DNA of 64,000 nt, from positions 356,056 through 420,055 of the forward strand of contig CAZVQU010000001.1 in NCBI GenBank assembly GCA_964629655.1. Reading direction: 5' to 3'. Position numbers and translations under genes: made by a program. The stretch is from an uncultured Planctomycetia bacterium (GTDB taxonomy: Bacteria; Omnitrophota; Gorgyraeia; Duberdicusellales; 4484-171). Every line of letters starts with the position of its first letter. The first letter of the stretch is position 1. Under the pieces are notes generated by a model. That model made no database searches and had not been told where the DNA came from. It was given only the letters and a program-made list of their open reading frames with translations. Shown here piece after piece: positions 1-9,791 of this stretch.

Positions 1-414
1 TTTGCAAGATGAATCGTTCTTAATAACGCGAAGATTTGTTCGGAAATCCTTTTCTTTAAAAACGCTTCAAATTTATCAGTTGAAAGTTTTTTATTCAGAT
101 AATTTAAGGCTGTCGCGAAACGGTTTACGTTTTTGTCATAAAACTCTTTAGTAAGCCTTATGGTAGACTCATGTATTTGGTACCATAGTCCTTCAAAGCC
201 ACTTATATTTTTATCATATTCTACAAATTTATTTTTAATAATATTTCCCACTAAAGGAAGCTTTTGAAGAAATGAGAGATAAGGCCTGGGTAAACGGTTA
301 TAAAAGAATTTTCCTTTTTTCAGCAAAAATCTAAATATAACAAAACTGCCTTCTATAGGATCTTGAGGCAGTAAAATAAACCAATATTTGTCTTGATTAT
401 TTTTTGACATCATT
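1..414 (-). CDS. Hypothetical protein, N-terminal part only; the ORF runs off the window start
   Basis: Open minus-strand frame from ATG at 412-414 (MMSKNNQDKYWFILLPQDPIEG...) with no stop before position 1. It lies directly downstream of the 632-aa gene. I recognise no family. Confidence 0.35.
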
Positions 415-426
415 TTTGATTCGTTT

Positions 427-2325
427 TTAAACATTAATCTTTAAATTTTCTATAATCTCAAGAAGATCGGGAGTTAAAAAATTATGTTCTACGGGAATAA
501 TGTATTCCTCAGGCTTAGAAGATAAGAATTTATCTATATGCCCTAAAGCCTCCTGGGTAGCCCTAAAAGGAACTAACGTCTTTCCGTAAGCTTCACGCGC
601 GCCGTCCCAAACGTCGATTGAATCATGATAAAGAGAAAGCAACGGTAATCCCATAAGCCTTGCTTCATAGGTAGGAGTTGAGGGAAAATCCGTAATAACT
701 CTATCGGCCTGCCTTAAATACGTCATGAGATTACCATCCTTATAGAAAATATTCGGCGCTTTTAAATCCTTTAAAAAATTTAAAAGGGATTTAGCAATCC
801 ACCTTTCCGTTGGCAGAACTTTAATAATAAAATCATACTGGGGTAATTCGGCAAAATACCTGCATAAATTACACTGAAGATGAAAATACCAGCTCAAAGG
901 ATAGGTGCATCGGAGCCTTTGAACACCTTGCGCGACAGGAAGGTAACACACCTTCTCTCTATGTTTGTTTAAACTCCTGCTAGCGGCGGATTTTAAAAAC
1001 CTACGTGCTGTCTTTTTTGCTTCACCGCTATATTTGCCTATCCAAACTCTCGAGGCGATTACTTCGATCTTGCCCTGGTTATTCTCATTAAAACACTTAT
1101 CATAAAAGACAGCCTCCTCGATTGAGGGAGTAGCATAGACATCGGTCGGCTGTTCGGAGAAATACTGCATGTGGTATTCAGCTTCACCGCCACCATGCTC
1201 AACATGTATAGAAAATACTTGAGGTAACAATTTGGCTATAGTCATAACTCCATATTCAGAAAGAAATATCTTATACGCAGTGGCAACATAGTTTATCTTC
1301 TCTTTCTGAAGAATCTTCTCATACTTTTTCGCGGTTATACTTATAATCGGACATATTTTCTGTAAGAAATACAAAAAACGAGGGTTTAATATCCGGCTCA
1401 GATCAATACCGGATTCACGGCTTATCCATTCGCAAGGATGAAATTCCCGAATACAACTTTCTCCTATTTCCTCCCATAAGGCCGATGTTTTTATATCAAC
1501 ACAAAAATCTTCTACTTTCTCTTCTTTTCTCTTGCGAAAAAAAAGATTTTTTTTAGGACCATGTATTGTATGATATAAAATTTGATGGCCTGCTTTTGTG
1601 GCGTTTTTATACAGATTGCCCAGCCAATCTTCTCTTAAAATAAGGATTTTTTTAAGTTTGCCTTCCTTCGCGAGCTGTTTTCTTTTGAGATAAAATAATA
1701 GATATATTATTTGAATATGTGCTCTTTTTATAACTCTGCCTATAGCTTTAAAGGCTCTGCTGGGGAAACGTCTTAATTTAAGATGAATAAAATTAACTTT
1801 AGAATTTTCTGGATTAACCATAATAACAGAATACGGTATACCCTTCTCCTCGCAAATAATGGGCAATAAATAAGAAGTTAAGTCGCTTTTGTCCGTAAAA
1901 AGCGTTGAATCAAATCCAACTCGTGGATGAGATGCTGTCACTAAACATACCTTTGAGGGTTTTTCTTTATCTAATACTGACAAAATATTTCTGCTGAATA
2001 TTATAAATGAATCAATCATGGTTATGATAGAATAGCCGTATAATTTTACGAAATTAATTTTTTTATCAAGAGGGTCTGTTAATTTAGTTCTTAAATAATT
2101 ATCAAAAGCATTAAACCAAGGGAGCTTTCGTTGATCACATTCTCTAGCATACTTTTCTCTTTCAAACATATCATAGAAATCTTCGTAAATTTGGTAATCT
2201 ATCACTTCTTTATCCAGCTTGCGGCAGACAGCGGGATTCAAAGCGATAATCTTACCCTTTAAACTATGTACTAAAGAATTAAACTCCTCTACAAAATATA
2301 TGCTTTCGGCATTACTATTTATCAT
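427..2325 (-). CDS. Large polysaccharide-biosynthesis enzyme of unknown family; candidate glycosyl- or phosphotransferase
   Basis: 632-aa ORF at the distal end of the glycan locus. C-terminal half has a His/Asp-rich segment (HVEHGGGEAEYH...DVYATPS...VLPTERW) reminiscent of TagF/KpsC-type capsule transferases. No firm motif match. Confidence 0.4.
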   Translation of the reverse strand: MINSNAESIYFVEEFNSLVHSLKGKIIALNPAVCRKLDKEVIDYQIYEDFYDMFEREKYARECDQRKLPWFNAFDNYLRTKLTDPLDKKINFVKLYGYSIITMIDSFIIFSRNILSVLDKEKPSKVCLVTASHPRVGFDSTLFTDKSDLTSYLLPIICEEKGIPYSVIMVNPENSKVNFIHLKLRRFPSRAFKAIGRVIKRAHIQIIYLLFYLKRKQLAKEGKLKKILILREDWLGNLYKNATKAGHQILYHTIHGPKKNLFFRKRKEEKVEDFCVDIKTSALWEEIGESCIREFHPCEWISRESGIDLSRILNPRFLYFLQKICPIISITAKKYEKILQKEKINYVATAYKIFLSEYGVMTIAKLLPQVFSIHVEHGGGEAEYHMQYFSEQPTDVYATPSIEEAVFYDKCFNENNQGKIEVIASRVWIGKYSGEAKKTARRFLKSAASRSLNKHREKVCYLPVAQGVQRLRCTYPLSWYFHLQCNLCRYFAELPQYDFIIKVLPTERWIAKSLLNFLKDLKAPNIFYKDGNLMTYLRQADRVITDFPSTPTYEARLMGLPLLSLYHDSIDVWDGAREAYGKTLVPFRATQEALGHIDKFLSSKPEEYIIPVEHNFLTPDLLEIIENLKINV

Positions 2326-2337
2326 ATCTTCTCCTAA

Positions 2338-3534
2338 TTAGACTCTTACTTGCTCTTTTTGAAAATTTGTCCTAGAAATAACTTCCTCTAGATTAATATT
2401 ACCGGCTGGCTTCTCCTGTTCCCAAATAGGATTTTTTAGTTTCCATTGATTGTTTGCGTCTTTCTTCCACATATCTCCGCGAAAAGAATTAGCAACTTTC
2501 CAAAATTCATCTAGGCTAATACCGATATAATCACAAAAAGCTTTAATGTATCTATCGGCGCATTTGCCATCATACTCTTTTACCAAGGCCATAGCTTCCG
2601 GACGAGTAATCAGCCCAGCATGGATATCATAACAGGCATGGTCAGTGCATTGGCCAAAACCAAATTTTACGTATTTAAGCATCTGGTTTATCTGGACCAG
2701 TTCAGAATCCATCTGAGCATAGCGCACGTAGGTGCCGATATCATGCAGATCTAAATCCTCAGGTTTCATCTTTAATCCGCGCGCGATAGAAAACTTAGCA
2801 TTATTAGAATATAGCCACTCCTTAACATAATATTGAAGCCAGACTCCTCTTGTCCCTTTGGCTCTCAAACTATTATCATTGTAACCAAACAAATAAAGAT
2901 CTCTATGGTCAAACCCGTCTTCTATATACTCGGCAATTCCGCTGGCCAACGTGTTGAGTTTATTAGCTTTTAACGCATCATCATCAGTTCCTACTCCGGT
3001 ATTACTGGCACCCATAGTAAGGCCTGGATTCTCACCCTGAATAATTAAAGGAATATCAAATTTATCAGCTATGATATAGGTCGAAGACCATAAAGAATAT
3101 TCAGTAATCTTAACCGGGTTAAGATTACTGTAAAAATCACGTTTTATAAGCCTGTGCATCACTTTAGGGTTAGGCCGGATAGCAATTACATCAAACCCTA
3201 GCTGTTTTAAATTCTCTATGTTGTGCCGGCCGACTTCGGTAAGTCCTTCCGGCTCGCTGTTTACCAAAACAGGGCGCAAACCTAATTCGTCCCGGGCATA
3301 AAGCGCCTGGAACGTTGAGTCTTTTCCTCCGCTAACACCAATGGCGCAATTATAATTGCCCTTTGCTTTTGCCTTTGCCTTATCAGCTATATCTTGCAAT
3401 TGCCTTCTGCGACCGGACCAATCAATTTCATTCTTCAGCCGGTCTTGATATAAACAAGCTCCGCAGACGCCCTGATTATTAAAATACACTCCCGGCCTTG
3501 TGTCCGGCTGAACACATCGCTTACAATATCGCAT
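2338..3534 (-). CDS. N-acetyl sugar amidotransferase (PP-loop ATP pyrophosphatase, WbuX/PseA family)
   Basis: N-terminal Cys-rich knuckle (CKRCVQPDTRPGVYFNNQGVCGAC) followed by PP-loop motif GVSGGKDST. Architecture matches LPS acetamidino-forming amidotransferases. Confidence 0.7.
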   Translation of the reverse strand: MRYCKRCVQPDTRPGVYFNNQGVCGACLYQDRLKNEIDWSGRRRQLQDIADKAKAKAKGNYNCAIGVSGGKDSTFQALYARDELGLRPVLVNSEPEGLTEVGRHNIENLKQLGFDVIAIRPNPKVMHRLIKRDFYSNLNPVKITEYSLWSSTYIIADKFDIPLIIQGENPGLTMGASNTGVGTDDDALKANKLNTLASGIAEYIEDGFDHRDLYLFGYNDNSLRAKGTRGVWLQYYVKEWLYSNNAKFSIARGLKMKPEDLDLHDIGTYVRYAQMDSELVQINQMLKYVKFGFGQCTDHACYDIHAGLITRPEAMALVKEYDGKCADRYIKAFCDYIGISLDEFWKVANSFRGDMWKKDANNQWKLKNPIWEQEKPAGNINLEEVISRTNFQKEQVRV

Positions 3535-3552
3535 AATTAACCCTATAATCTA

Positions 3553-4935
3553 TTATGAAATTACTAATTTTTTTTCACCTAAATTGCGATTAACAATTCG
3601 CGGAGTTAAAGTTAAATATTCTTTTTCAATTAAATATTTAACAATCCCTAAAATCCGATAATCGCTGTATTTAACCCCTGTTACTTGTAAACCAAACGGC
3701 ATACTGTCCGGCCCTCTAAATACTGGCACATTCAGTGCGGGAGCTCCTAACAATGACCAGATTAAACCAGTATCGTCTACTTCTTTGTAGTTATTTCTCA
3801 AGGGAGCGATATTCGCCGTCGCCGGCGTAAGGATTAAATCATAGCTATCATAGTTATAATCAAACTCTTTTTGCATCCTTTCCTGCTCCTTAAGGGAATT
3901 ATGAAACTCTTGCACTGTAATTTTTCTACCATGCTCAACCATGCTATAGAGAGTTGAGCTAATTACATTTTTATCCGCACTTTCTCGTTTAAAATAATAA
4001 GCTAAACTCTTATCGTATAAAGTCGAATGTATTCTATGGCTGCCATCAAAGAAACCATCATCTTTTATATCTAGCACCTTGATCTCTTCTTTAGTCCTTA
4101 AAAAATCAACTAAACCTTCAAATTGATTTTTGACATAATCCTGATATCCCTGCCAAAGATATTCAGGTCTTAAAATCCCAATTTTTATGCTATTGTAGCC
4201 TACAATGGAACGTTTCTTTAGCATCGTATTGCTTATAGGGTAATTTTCACCGCGTACTCTTAAGATATCAAAAAGTAAAATTATATCGTCAATATTATTG
4301 GCAAAAAACCCAACATGATCTAACGTATTGGTAGTTTTTAAAACTCCCGTTCGGGGCATAGTTCCGTAAGAAGGTTTGCATCCAAAAATACCGGTATAAC
4401 TAGCCGGCCTTACGATGGAAGATCCTGTCTGTGTACCTAACGAGGCTATGGACAACCCCGCCGCGACCGCAACTGCTGAACCCATTGAGGATGTTCCCGG
4501 AGAGTAATCGTTATTGTGCGGGTTTAGGGTTATGCCCGGATGATGTACGGCTAACTCTGCGGTAACTGTCTTACCCGTAACTACTCCATCCTCCCAAATG
4601 GCTTTCTCCACAACTCTTGCATTATTCCCTGCTACATATCCTTTCCAGTAAGGACTTCCTTTCTCAGTCGTAAGTTCAACAGTATTAAAAACATCTTTAA
4701 CGCCAATGGGGACGCCATACAACTCTCCATGCGTTTTCCCTTCTTTAATTCTCTTAATAATCTGCTGCACCCTGTCAAAAACAACACTCTCATCAAACAC
4801 CTGAAAAGCCATTAACTCACTATCCATGGCTTTAATAAAAGATGTTAACTTTTTATAAAACTCCTCAAGATCAATCTCTCTTGTTTTAATTAGTTTTATA
4901 AACTGTTTAATGTTAATTTGGGTTAAATTAATCAC
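3553..4935 (-). CDS. Amidase-signature (GatA-like) amidase
   Basis: AS-family signature GVPIGVKDVF...GTSSMGSAVAVAAGL...GTQTGSSIVRPAS, with the Ser-cisSer-Lys triad context. 460 aa. Confidence 0.7.
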   Translation of the reverse strand: MINLTQINIKQFIKLIKTREIDLEEFYKKLTSFIKAMDSELMAFQVFDESVVFDRVQQIIKRIKEGKTHGELYGVPIGVKDVFNTVELTTEKGSPYWKGYVAGNNARVVEKAIWEDGVVTGKTVTAELAVHHPGITLNPHNNDYSPGTSSMGSAVAVAAGLSIASLGTQTGSSIVRPASYTGIFGCKPSYGTMPRTGVLKTTNTLDHVGFFANNIDDIILLFDILRVRGENYPISNTMLKKRSIVGYNSIKIGILRPEYLWQGYQDYVKNQFEGLVDFLRTKEEIKVLDIKDDGFFDGSHRIHSTLYDKSLAYYFKRESADKNVISSTLYSMVEHGRKITVQEFHNSLKEQERMQKEFDYNYDSYDLILTPATANIAPLRNNYKEVDDTGLIWSLLGAPALNVPVFRGPDSMPFGLQVTGVKYSDYRILGIVKYLIEKEYLTLTPRIVNRNLGEKKLVIS

Positions 4936-6118
4936 TCTTTCTCCCTTTTAAGCAATCCTTGTACTTAGGTAATTTTTTGGCGTTCCCTTCCCGATGAGCC
5001 TCAAGAATTTCGTGGAATTCTTCTTCGCTAAATCCGGTCATCTTAAGATATTTATCTAATTGGTCAGGCCTTTCTCCATCAAGTTTATATATTAGCTCCA
5101 TCGCTTCTTTTCTTGTTAATAACCCTTGCCGGATATCTTCGCTAGCATGGTCAGTGGTTCTACCATACCCTCTTTTAATAAACTTAGCATAATCATGAAC
5201 TCCTACCATTTTACATTCAACGCTTTTATATCTTTTGTATGTACCTTCCATATAATTCTGCCGCCAGTTATATTCTTTTATGAGAAACTCTACCTGCCTC
5301 ATCTCATCCCAATAATAATAATCACCAAGATGTATACCCTTCACGCCAACCTCCTCTATCTCTTTATCAGAAGGCAATTCATAAGCTGCCATATCTTTCT
5401 TAGTCAACCGGCTTCTTTCATTTATCATCTCGCCAGGATACTTCTTCGCGGAAATTTTTGTATAATAATGCTTATCATACGGAATAATATCATCATAAGT
5501 GGCTCGGCCATCCATTTCTGCAACCGACTCACCATAAATCATTAAGGGTATCTTTAGCTTAACCGCGAGCTGCAAGGGAAAAGCTCCGACACCAGCATGG
5601 CAATGCCAACACGCGTCACCTATTTGATATAGTGATTCTTTTGCAATTTTGTTTATTGCTTCTCTATTGGGAGTAAACATCATATGGTCTATGTTCAATC
5701 GCTCCAAAATATTCCAAAGATTGTATTTGCCCGTCTCACTATACCAATTATGGTTAAACGTTACAGCCAGAATATGCATGTTATATATTTTTTTTAACAT
5801 ATGAAGCTGAAAGCAGCTGTCTTTCCCCCCGCTGATAGGCACCATTATGTCGTAGGTTCCTCTTTTCCTTCCTTCCTCCTTCGCTTCTTCCAATATCTGC
5901 CGCAATTGCTCTTCTCTTTGGGCCCAATTAATATGCATTTTAGTCTCTGACGAACGGCACGCTGTACACATTCCCATTTCATCAAAGCCTACACCTTCTT
6001 GCGTATCAGGTAAACAACAACGCACGCAATACCTTATTCCTTTAAATGGCCCTCCACCATAATATTTTGTTTTTTCTTTACCGGTTTCTTTAGAAACTGT
6101 CATCTTTTGCCTCCTCAA
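4928..6118 (-). CDS. N-acetyl sugar amidotransferase paralog (PP-loop)
   Basis: Same architecture as 2338-3534: Cys knuckle (CVRCCLPDT...GMCTAC) plus PP-loop ISGGKDSCFQ. Divergent paralog. Confidence 0.7.
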   Translation of the reverse strand: MRRQKMTVSKETGKEKTKYYGGGPFKGIRYCVRCCLPDTQEGVGFDEMGMCTACRSSETKMHINWAQREEQLRQILEEAKEEGRKRGTYDIMVPISGGKDSCFQLHMLKKIYNMHILAVTFNHNWYSETGKYNLWNILERLNIDHMMFTPNREAINKIAKESLYQIGDACWHCHAGVGAFPLQLAVKLKIPLMIYGESVAEMDGRATYDDIIPYDKHYYTKISAKKYPGEMINERSRLTKKDMAAYELPSDKEIEEVGVKGIHLGDYYYWDEMRQVEFLIKEYNWRQNYMEGTYKRYKSVECKMVGVHDYAKFIKRGYGRTTDHASEDIRQGLLTRKEAMELIYKLDGERPDQLDKYLKMTGFSEEEFHEILEAHREGNAKKLPKYKDCLKGRKSD

Positions 6119-6128
6119 ACATTTATCC

Positions 6129-6671
6129 TTAACTCTTAAATTCCTTTGAAAGAAGCCCCATCATAATGATATTTTTCCATTTGCCGTCTCTTAATAGGCC
6201 TTCCCGCGCTATACCTTCTTGTTTAAATCCTAATTTTTTATAAAGGAAGCGCGCTTTAGCATTACTTTCATTTACGCTAAGATAAACTCGGTGTAAATTT
6301 AGCGTTTTAAAAGTATGCCGCAGGATCAGCTTTGTTGCTTCTGTTCCGTAACCTTTACCGTGGTGCAGGCGATCAATAATTATTTTGAATCCAGCTCTTC
6401 TATGCGTGTAATCAATGCGGGCGATTTCTAAATTGCCGATATGCCTATTGCTCTTTTTTTCGATTATCGCAAGCCAGATACAAGAAGAATCTCTCCACTT
6501 ACTCTGAGCAAATCGCTCCAGTTCATCTAAACTGTGAGGAAATTGGGCATGCTCAGTAAATTCATCATTTGCCACGTCATTAATCCATCTGAAATAATCT
6601 CCCCCTAAATCTTGTCTTTCAACGGGACGCAGGTAAATCTTTTTGCCTTCCAAAAATTTAACTTTTCGCAT
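6129..6671 (-). CDS. GNAT-family N-acetyltransferase
   Basis: GNAT core motifs (HRRAGFKI...HGKGYGTEA...LHRVYLSVNESNAKARFLYKKLGF). 180 aa. Confidence 0.65.
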   Translation of the reverse strand: MRKVKFLEGKKIYLRPVERQDLGGDYFRWINDVANDEFTEHAQFPHSLDELERFAQSKWRDSSCIWLAIIEKKSNRHIGNLEIARIDYTHRRAGFKIIIDRLHHGKGYGTEATKLILRHTFKTLNLHRVYLSVNESNAKARFLYKKLGFKQEGIAREGLLRDGKWKNIIMMGLLSKEFKS

Positions 6672-6704
6672 TCTTTTCCTCCTTAAAAATACTTTATTTA
6701 AACT

Positions 6705-7916
6705 TTAAACATACCTCTGTCCTCTATCTCCGGGAAAAAAATAGATTTTTATACGTACAAGCATAGAATGTATAATTATACTTACAAATTTTATCGGCGC
6801 CGGTAAATATTTCCAGATAGTTTTTGCTATTTTACCATTTAAATTGCGGGAAACTTTTTTGAATTCCTCTAAGTTAGGGTAAGCTTTGAGCCATCTTTTA
6901 AATAATCCCCGATGCGGCAAGATAAATATAAAAAAGCCGCAGATTCGGTAAAAAAGATTATCGCCTGTCAGCCGGACATATCCGAATTCCTTCATTGATT
7001 TTCTAGTAATAAACTCGATCATGACAATTTCTTTAAAAGCTAATTCTTTCATCCAGCGTTTACGTACATTTTCTATTTGAAAAAATACTTCCTCAGGCTG
7101 AGGATATTTATTCTCAGCAGTCACATAAGCACTTTCGCCTTCCCAGTGCCTACCGGAAAAGGTGCATTTAAGAAGCGTCGGAGAAAAATCAATGCCTAAC
7201 CAGTCCGATAGGTTCCGCATTTGGTCCTCTAAGGATTCGTGCAGATCTTCGTTTCGGACTACCTTACATTTAGAATCCGGTTTGGAACTATATTTCTTCC
7301 AATTTTCAAATCCCTGCATCCAGTCTTCAATGTCAAAATTAAAATAATAGTCAGAAAGATAACCAAAGATCTTAGTCATCTGCCGCCAAGAGCCAGCCAT
7401 GCTTGCTCGAGGATCTCTTATTATCTGAAGAACGCCCGCCTTGGGAAAATCGGCTAAAGCTTCTGAAAGCTGGTAAGGCAGGTGTTCATGTACTACTAAA
7501 GCTCGGATATGAGAAATATCAATATTCATCGCAACAGAATATGCTTGGTGCAAAGCATAAAACACATTTATCCGGTTAATTCCCGAAAATTCTAAAGTCT
7601 TCTTAAAGCTAGAGTAAAATCTTTCCATTTCTTCTCGGCTATAAAACAATTTCTTTCTCGGTATCAGCAGTTTAAAGCGTTCCTCTATATAAATCCGCCA
7701 TATTGACAACATCTCTTGCGTATTCTTAACTTTATTGCAACCAGACATATTCCAATACCTATAAAAACTGAGCGTAGGCATAATCAATATCTGCTTATGA
7801 GAATCAAGCAAACTATGTAAATAATCTATCCCGCAATGACCAAAATTAGAAAGAAAATATATCGGTAAATTTCTTAGTTTTGACTCCATTGTCATATTAC
7901 TAGTTTTTAACTGCAT
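6705..7916 (-). CDS. Putative PAPS-dependent sulfotransferase
   Basis: RDPR 3'-phosphate-binding motif (QIIRDPRASMAG). C-terminal VVRNEDLHESLEDQMRNLSDWLGIDF matches the sulfotransferase V.YEDL....lgi pattern. P-loop-like N-terminal segment. Start overlaps the adjacent APS kinase. Confidence 0.55.
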   Translation of the reverse strand: MQLKTSNMTMESKLRNLPIYFLSNFGHCGIDYLHSLLDSHKQILIMPTLSFYRYWNMSGCNKVKNTQEMLSIWRIYIEERFKLLIPRKKLFYSREEMERFYSSFKKTLEFSGINRINVFYALHQAYSVAMNIDISHIRALVVHEHLPYQLSEALADFPKAGVLQIIRDPRASMAGSWRQMTKIFGYLSDYYFNFDIEDWMQGFENWKKYSSKPDSKCKVVRNEDLHESLEDQMRNLSDWLGIDFSPTLLKCTFSGRHWEGESAYVTAENKYPQPEEVFFQIENVRKRWMKELAFKEIVMIEFITRKSMKEFGYVRLTGDNLFYRICGFFIFILPHRGLFKRWLKAYPNLEEFKKVSRNLNGKIAKTIWKYLPAPIKFVSIIIHSMLVRIKIYFFPGDRGQRYV

Positions 7917-8490
7917 CTATCTCCTTCTCTCTGTCAAATACTGCATCTTTGGTCTTCTTGTGGATAAAGTTTAAAGAGGTTTCCAGCAAAGTCTGAAAAC
8001 ACTCATCAACGGTAATAGCGGAAGTATCTAATGCTAGCTCAACATGCTCAGATTCTTCATAAGCCTCAGTTACGCCAACAAAATTATCAAGCTCACCTGT
8101 AAATGCTCTCTTATACTGCCCCTTATAATCCCTTTTAGCGCAAATATCAACAGGGCATTTTAGATAAACCTCCATAAAGTTGCCAATATAATTACGAATT
8201 TTCTGACGAATATCTTTTTTGTGCGAAATGCTGGTGACAATAGCTATGTTTCCCGCTTTATTACTCTTTAAAGCCAATTTAGCCTTATAAAGATTCAAAG
8301 CGTCTCTATCCCTATTAATGTATCCGTAAACTTCTTTTAGCTTATGACGCACGTCTTCTCCGTCAAGAAACTCTACATTCTTAACACCTTCATTTATAAG
8401 GCCATTATAAAGGCTCTGGCCTAAAGTTGTTTTACCGGAAGCTGATAAACCGGTAATCCAAATAGTTACCGGTTTAAAAATAAAATTCAT
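7900..8490 (-). CDS. cysC: Adenylyl-sulfate (APS) kinase
   Basis: Walker A ITGLSASGKTTLG and APS-kinase length and fold signature. 196 aa. Confidence 0.8.
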   Translation of the reverse strand: MNFIFKPVTIWITGLSASGKTTLGQSLYNGLINEGVKNVEFLDGEDVRHKLKEVYGYINRDRDALNLYKAKLALKSNKAGNIAIVTSISHKKDIRQKIRNYIGNFMEVYLKCPVDICAKRDYKGQYKRAFTGELDNFVGVTEAYEESEHVELALDTSAITVDECFQTLLETSLNFIHKKTKDAVFDREKEIDAVKN

Positions 8491-9791
8491 TGGTCTAACT
8501 CCTTTAATTCTTTTAAATTGATAAATATTTTTTCAAACGCCATTACAACATCATCGATATCCTCCTTAGTGTGAGGATGTCTGCAAACCGGTATTAATAA
8601 TAGTTCTTTTTCGTACATTCTTTCAGCAACGGGACAAATACCTTTAGAATAGTTAACCTTTCCCTGATAGAAACTGCAGTTAAACGGACATCCTTGAACG
8701 CCATAGGCTATATTCTTCTGATAAAGAGGCTCAAGATATATAGGCCTCACGTAACCTAATCCGCAAGAAATTCCTTCCGCTTGTAATGCTTTCACAAAGC
8801 TGTTGCGCGATACACCAATTATTTCATCTTTAAACTTTATAGGATAGACAAAATATACATGAGTAAACTCTGCATCTTGTTTGGGTAAAATTAGCCCTTC
8901 AAAAATTGATAATTCCTTAGTCAAATATTCAGCTAATTCAATCCGATGGTTGTTTAAAGCATCGAGTCGCTTAAATTGTTCGATACTTACCGCGGCTTCC
9001 AGTTCAGTCATGCGATAATTGAACCCAACCATATTGCTAATATCATCCACCTTCATATCTTCAGTTATAACTTCTCCATGATTTCTTATAAGCTGCATTC
9101 TTAATGCTAACTCTTGACTATTAGTTATTGCTACGCCACCTTCGCCGGAAGTAATAGTTTTATGTTGATTAAAGCTAAATATACCTATATCCCCTAAGGT
9201 TCCTACAGGCTTACCTTTATATATTGCTCCCGGGGCTTGAGCGCAATCCTCAATTACTTTAAGCTTGTGTTTACGGGCAATTGCTATTATCTCATCCATC
9301 TTGGCTGGACAGCCGAATAAATGCACTATTATTATGGCCTTGGTTTGCGCTGTTATGCGTTCCTCAATTTTCTTAGGATCAATACAAAGCGAACCTTCTT
9401 CAATATCAACAAAAACAGGAATCGCGTTATTCATAATAATTGCTGTGGCCGAAGAACACATAGTATACGGGGTCACAATTACTTCATCGCCAGGGCCAAT
9501 TCCACATGCCCCAACCGCAACATGAAGCGCGGCAGTCGCGGAATTTAAAGCAACTGCGCATTTTACATCAAAATACTCTTTAATCATCGACTCAAGTTCT
9601 CTCAGCTGTTTTCCTCCCAGAAAATATTCTCCTGCCCTAGCAATAAAACCTGAAAGCATTCCCCCATCTAAAACCTCATTGACTCTTTTTTTCTCCTCTT
9701 GGCCAATTATAGCGTAATTGACAAAAGGCTTATTCCTTACCTTCTCTCCTCCTAAGATAGCAAGCTTACTCATTTTTTTCTTTCCTTCCAT
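8487..9791 (-). CDS. DegT/DnrJ/EryC1/StrS-family PLP-dependent sugar aminotransferase
   Basis: Family motifs (FNQHKTITSGEGG, catalytic Lys context). 434 aa. 4-nt overlap with cysC. Confidence 0.8.
   Translation of the reverse strand: MEGKKKMSKLAILGGEKVRNKPFVNYAIIGQEEKKRVNEVLDGGMLSGFIARAGEYFLGGKQLRELESMIKEYFDVKCAVALNSATAALHVAVGACGIGPGDEVIVTPYTMCSSATAIIMNNAIPVFVDIEEGSLCIDPKKIEERITAQTKAIIIVHLFGCPAKMDEIIAIARKHKLKVIEDCAQAPGAIYKGKPVGTLGDIGIFSFNQHKTITSGEGGVAITNSQELALRMQLIRNHGEVITEDMKVDDISNMVGFNYRMTELEAAVSIEQFKRLDALNNHRIELAEYLTKELSIFEGLILPKQDAEFTHVYFVYPIKFKDEIIGVSRNSFVKALQAEGISCGLGYVRPIYLEPLYQKNIAYGVQGCPFNCSFYQGKVNYSKGICPVAERMYEKELLLIPVCRHPHTKEDIDDVVMAFEKIFINLKELKELDQ

Noticed and set aside
5126-5545. 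Plus-strand 139-aa ORF (and about 40 similar plus-strand ORFs such as 42064-42513, 57577-58029 and 9265-9548)
   Set aside because: All lie fully antisense within well-supported minus-strand genes. They have low-complexity or hydrophobic translations typical of AT-rich antisense frames, and no SD or promoter. Treated as spurious.
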